Positions 63,536 to 64,000 of a stretch of 64,000 nucleotides of DNA are shown one piece after another (within the stretch, counting starts at the first letter, position 1; each line of letters opens with the position of its first letter). This stretch comes from Gracilinanus agilis. Lineage: Eukaryota. The translations under genes were made by a program, and so were the position numbers. The DNA is taken from NCBI RefSeq assembly GCF_016433145.1, contig NC_058132.1, positions 490,964,049-491,028,048 on the forward strand. Reading direction: 5' to 3'. Below the pieces are notes generated by a model. It saw only the letters and a program-made list of their open reading frames with translations, did no database searches and was not told the origin of the DNA.

Positions 63536-64000
63536 ATTAGGCAATGAGCACCTATAAAATTCTGTGTATTGTGGACAACTATCACGTTGTTTTGTGTGGA
63601 CAAATATCACGTACCCTACCTTCAAAGAATATCCCCAGAACCAGAAGCAAAACATGAATCAATTAGGGAACTACACAAGAAACAATATAATTAATGGTAA
63701 AGATGTATTCTACCAAAAACTGAATGTGGGGAAATGAGACTAGTACAACTTCTGCACACAGAGGATAGCCTTCCTCCCCAAAAAGTCATATGGCTCCATT
63801 GTAGAAGAGTTCTCTCACTTCATTGTTTCATTTCTTTTTCTGTAAGCTCAATAGGTTAGAAATGAAAAGTTATTACAGTCAGTCATGAAAATCATAGCCC
63901 AATTTATCAGTTTGTGTTTCACTGGATAGCACTATCCACCTTCTGGTTTGGATGTGATTTATCTTCCGTGGCTGAATATTGTTTCTCACATGTGCCTTGT

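Larger units (their letters stand above)
59281..64000 (+). other. NPAS2: NPAS2 intron following the first coding exon (runs past window end)
   Basis: Starts with GTAAGA. The next expected coding sequence (ASRNKSEKKRR) was not found before 64000. Confidence 0.85.

Noticed and set aside
1-64000. CRISPR-like or prokaryotic systems; recurring gtgacttgcccagggtcacacagct motif
   Set aside because: The recurring motif is the CORE-SINE core at irregular spacing. The sequence is marsupial, with no repeat-spacer array or operon structure.

Overview
Eukaryotic, AT-rich, CpG-depleted, repeat-dense DNA from a marsupial, most likely a didelphid opossum (SINE1_Mdo-type SINEs, Mar1 SINEs, marsupial L1 and RTE/BovB LINEs). 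The only host exon I can support is at 59227-59280 (+): 22 nt of 5'UTR plus the first 32 coding nt (MDEDEKDRAKR), i.e. the first coding exon of the circadian bHLH-PAS gene NPAS2. Positions 1-59226 are therefore probably its long first intron (no CpG island or promoter is visible in the window) and 59281-64000 the next intron. The rest is interspersed repeats (CORE-SINEs, L2, L3/CR1, L1, RTE/BovB, several hAT MITEs, one candidate solo LTR), microsatellites and a few repeat-poor stretches. Two duplications joined by a single N (2996 bp and 92 bp periods) are probably assembly artefacts. None of the supplied ORFs is a credible host gene. I found no convincing new biological system. The best leads are an open, CLOCK-like reading frame through the NPAS2 5'UTR, several young hAT MITEs, a twin-primed L1, a rare CR1 ORF1 esterase relic and two older local duplications. 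Repeat family names come from recalled consensus sequences, and most repeat boundaries are approximate (about +/-20 bp) unless a TSD or TIR is given.
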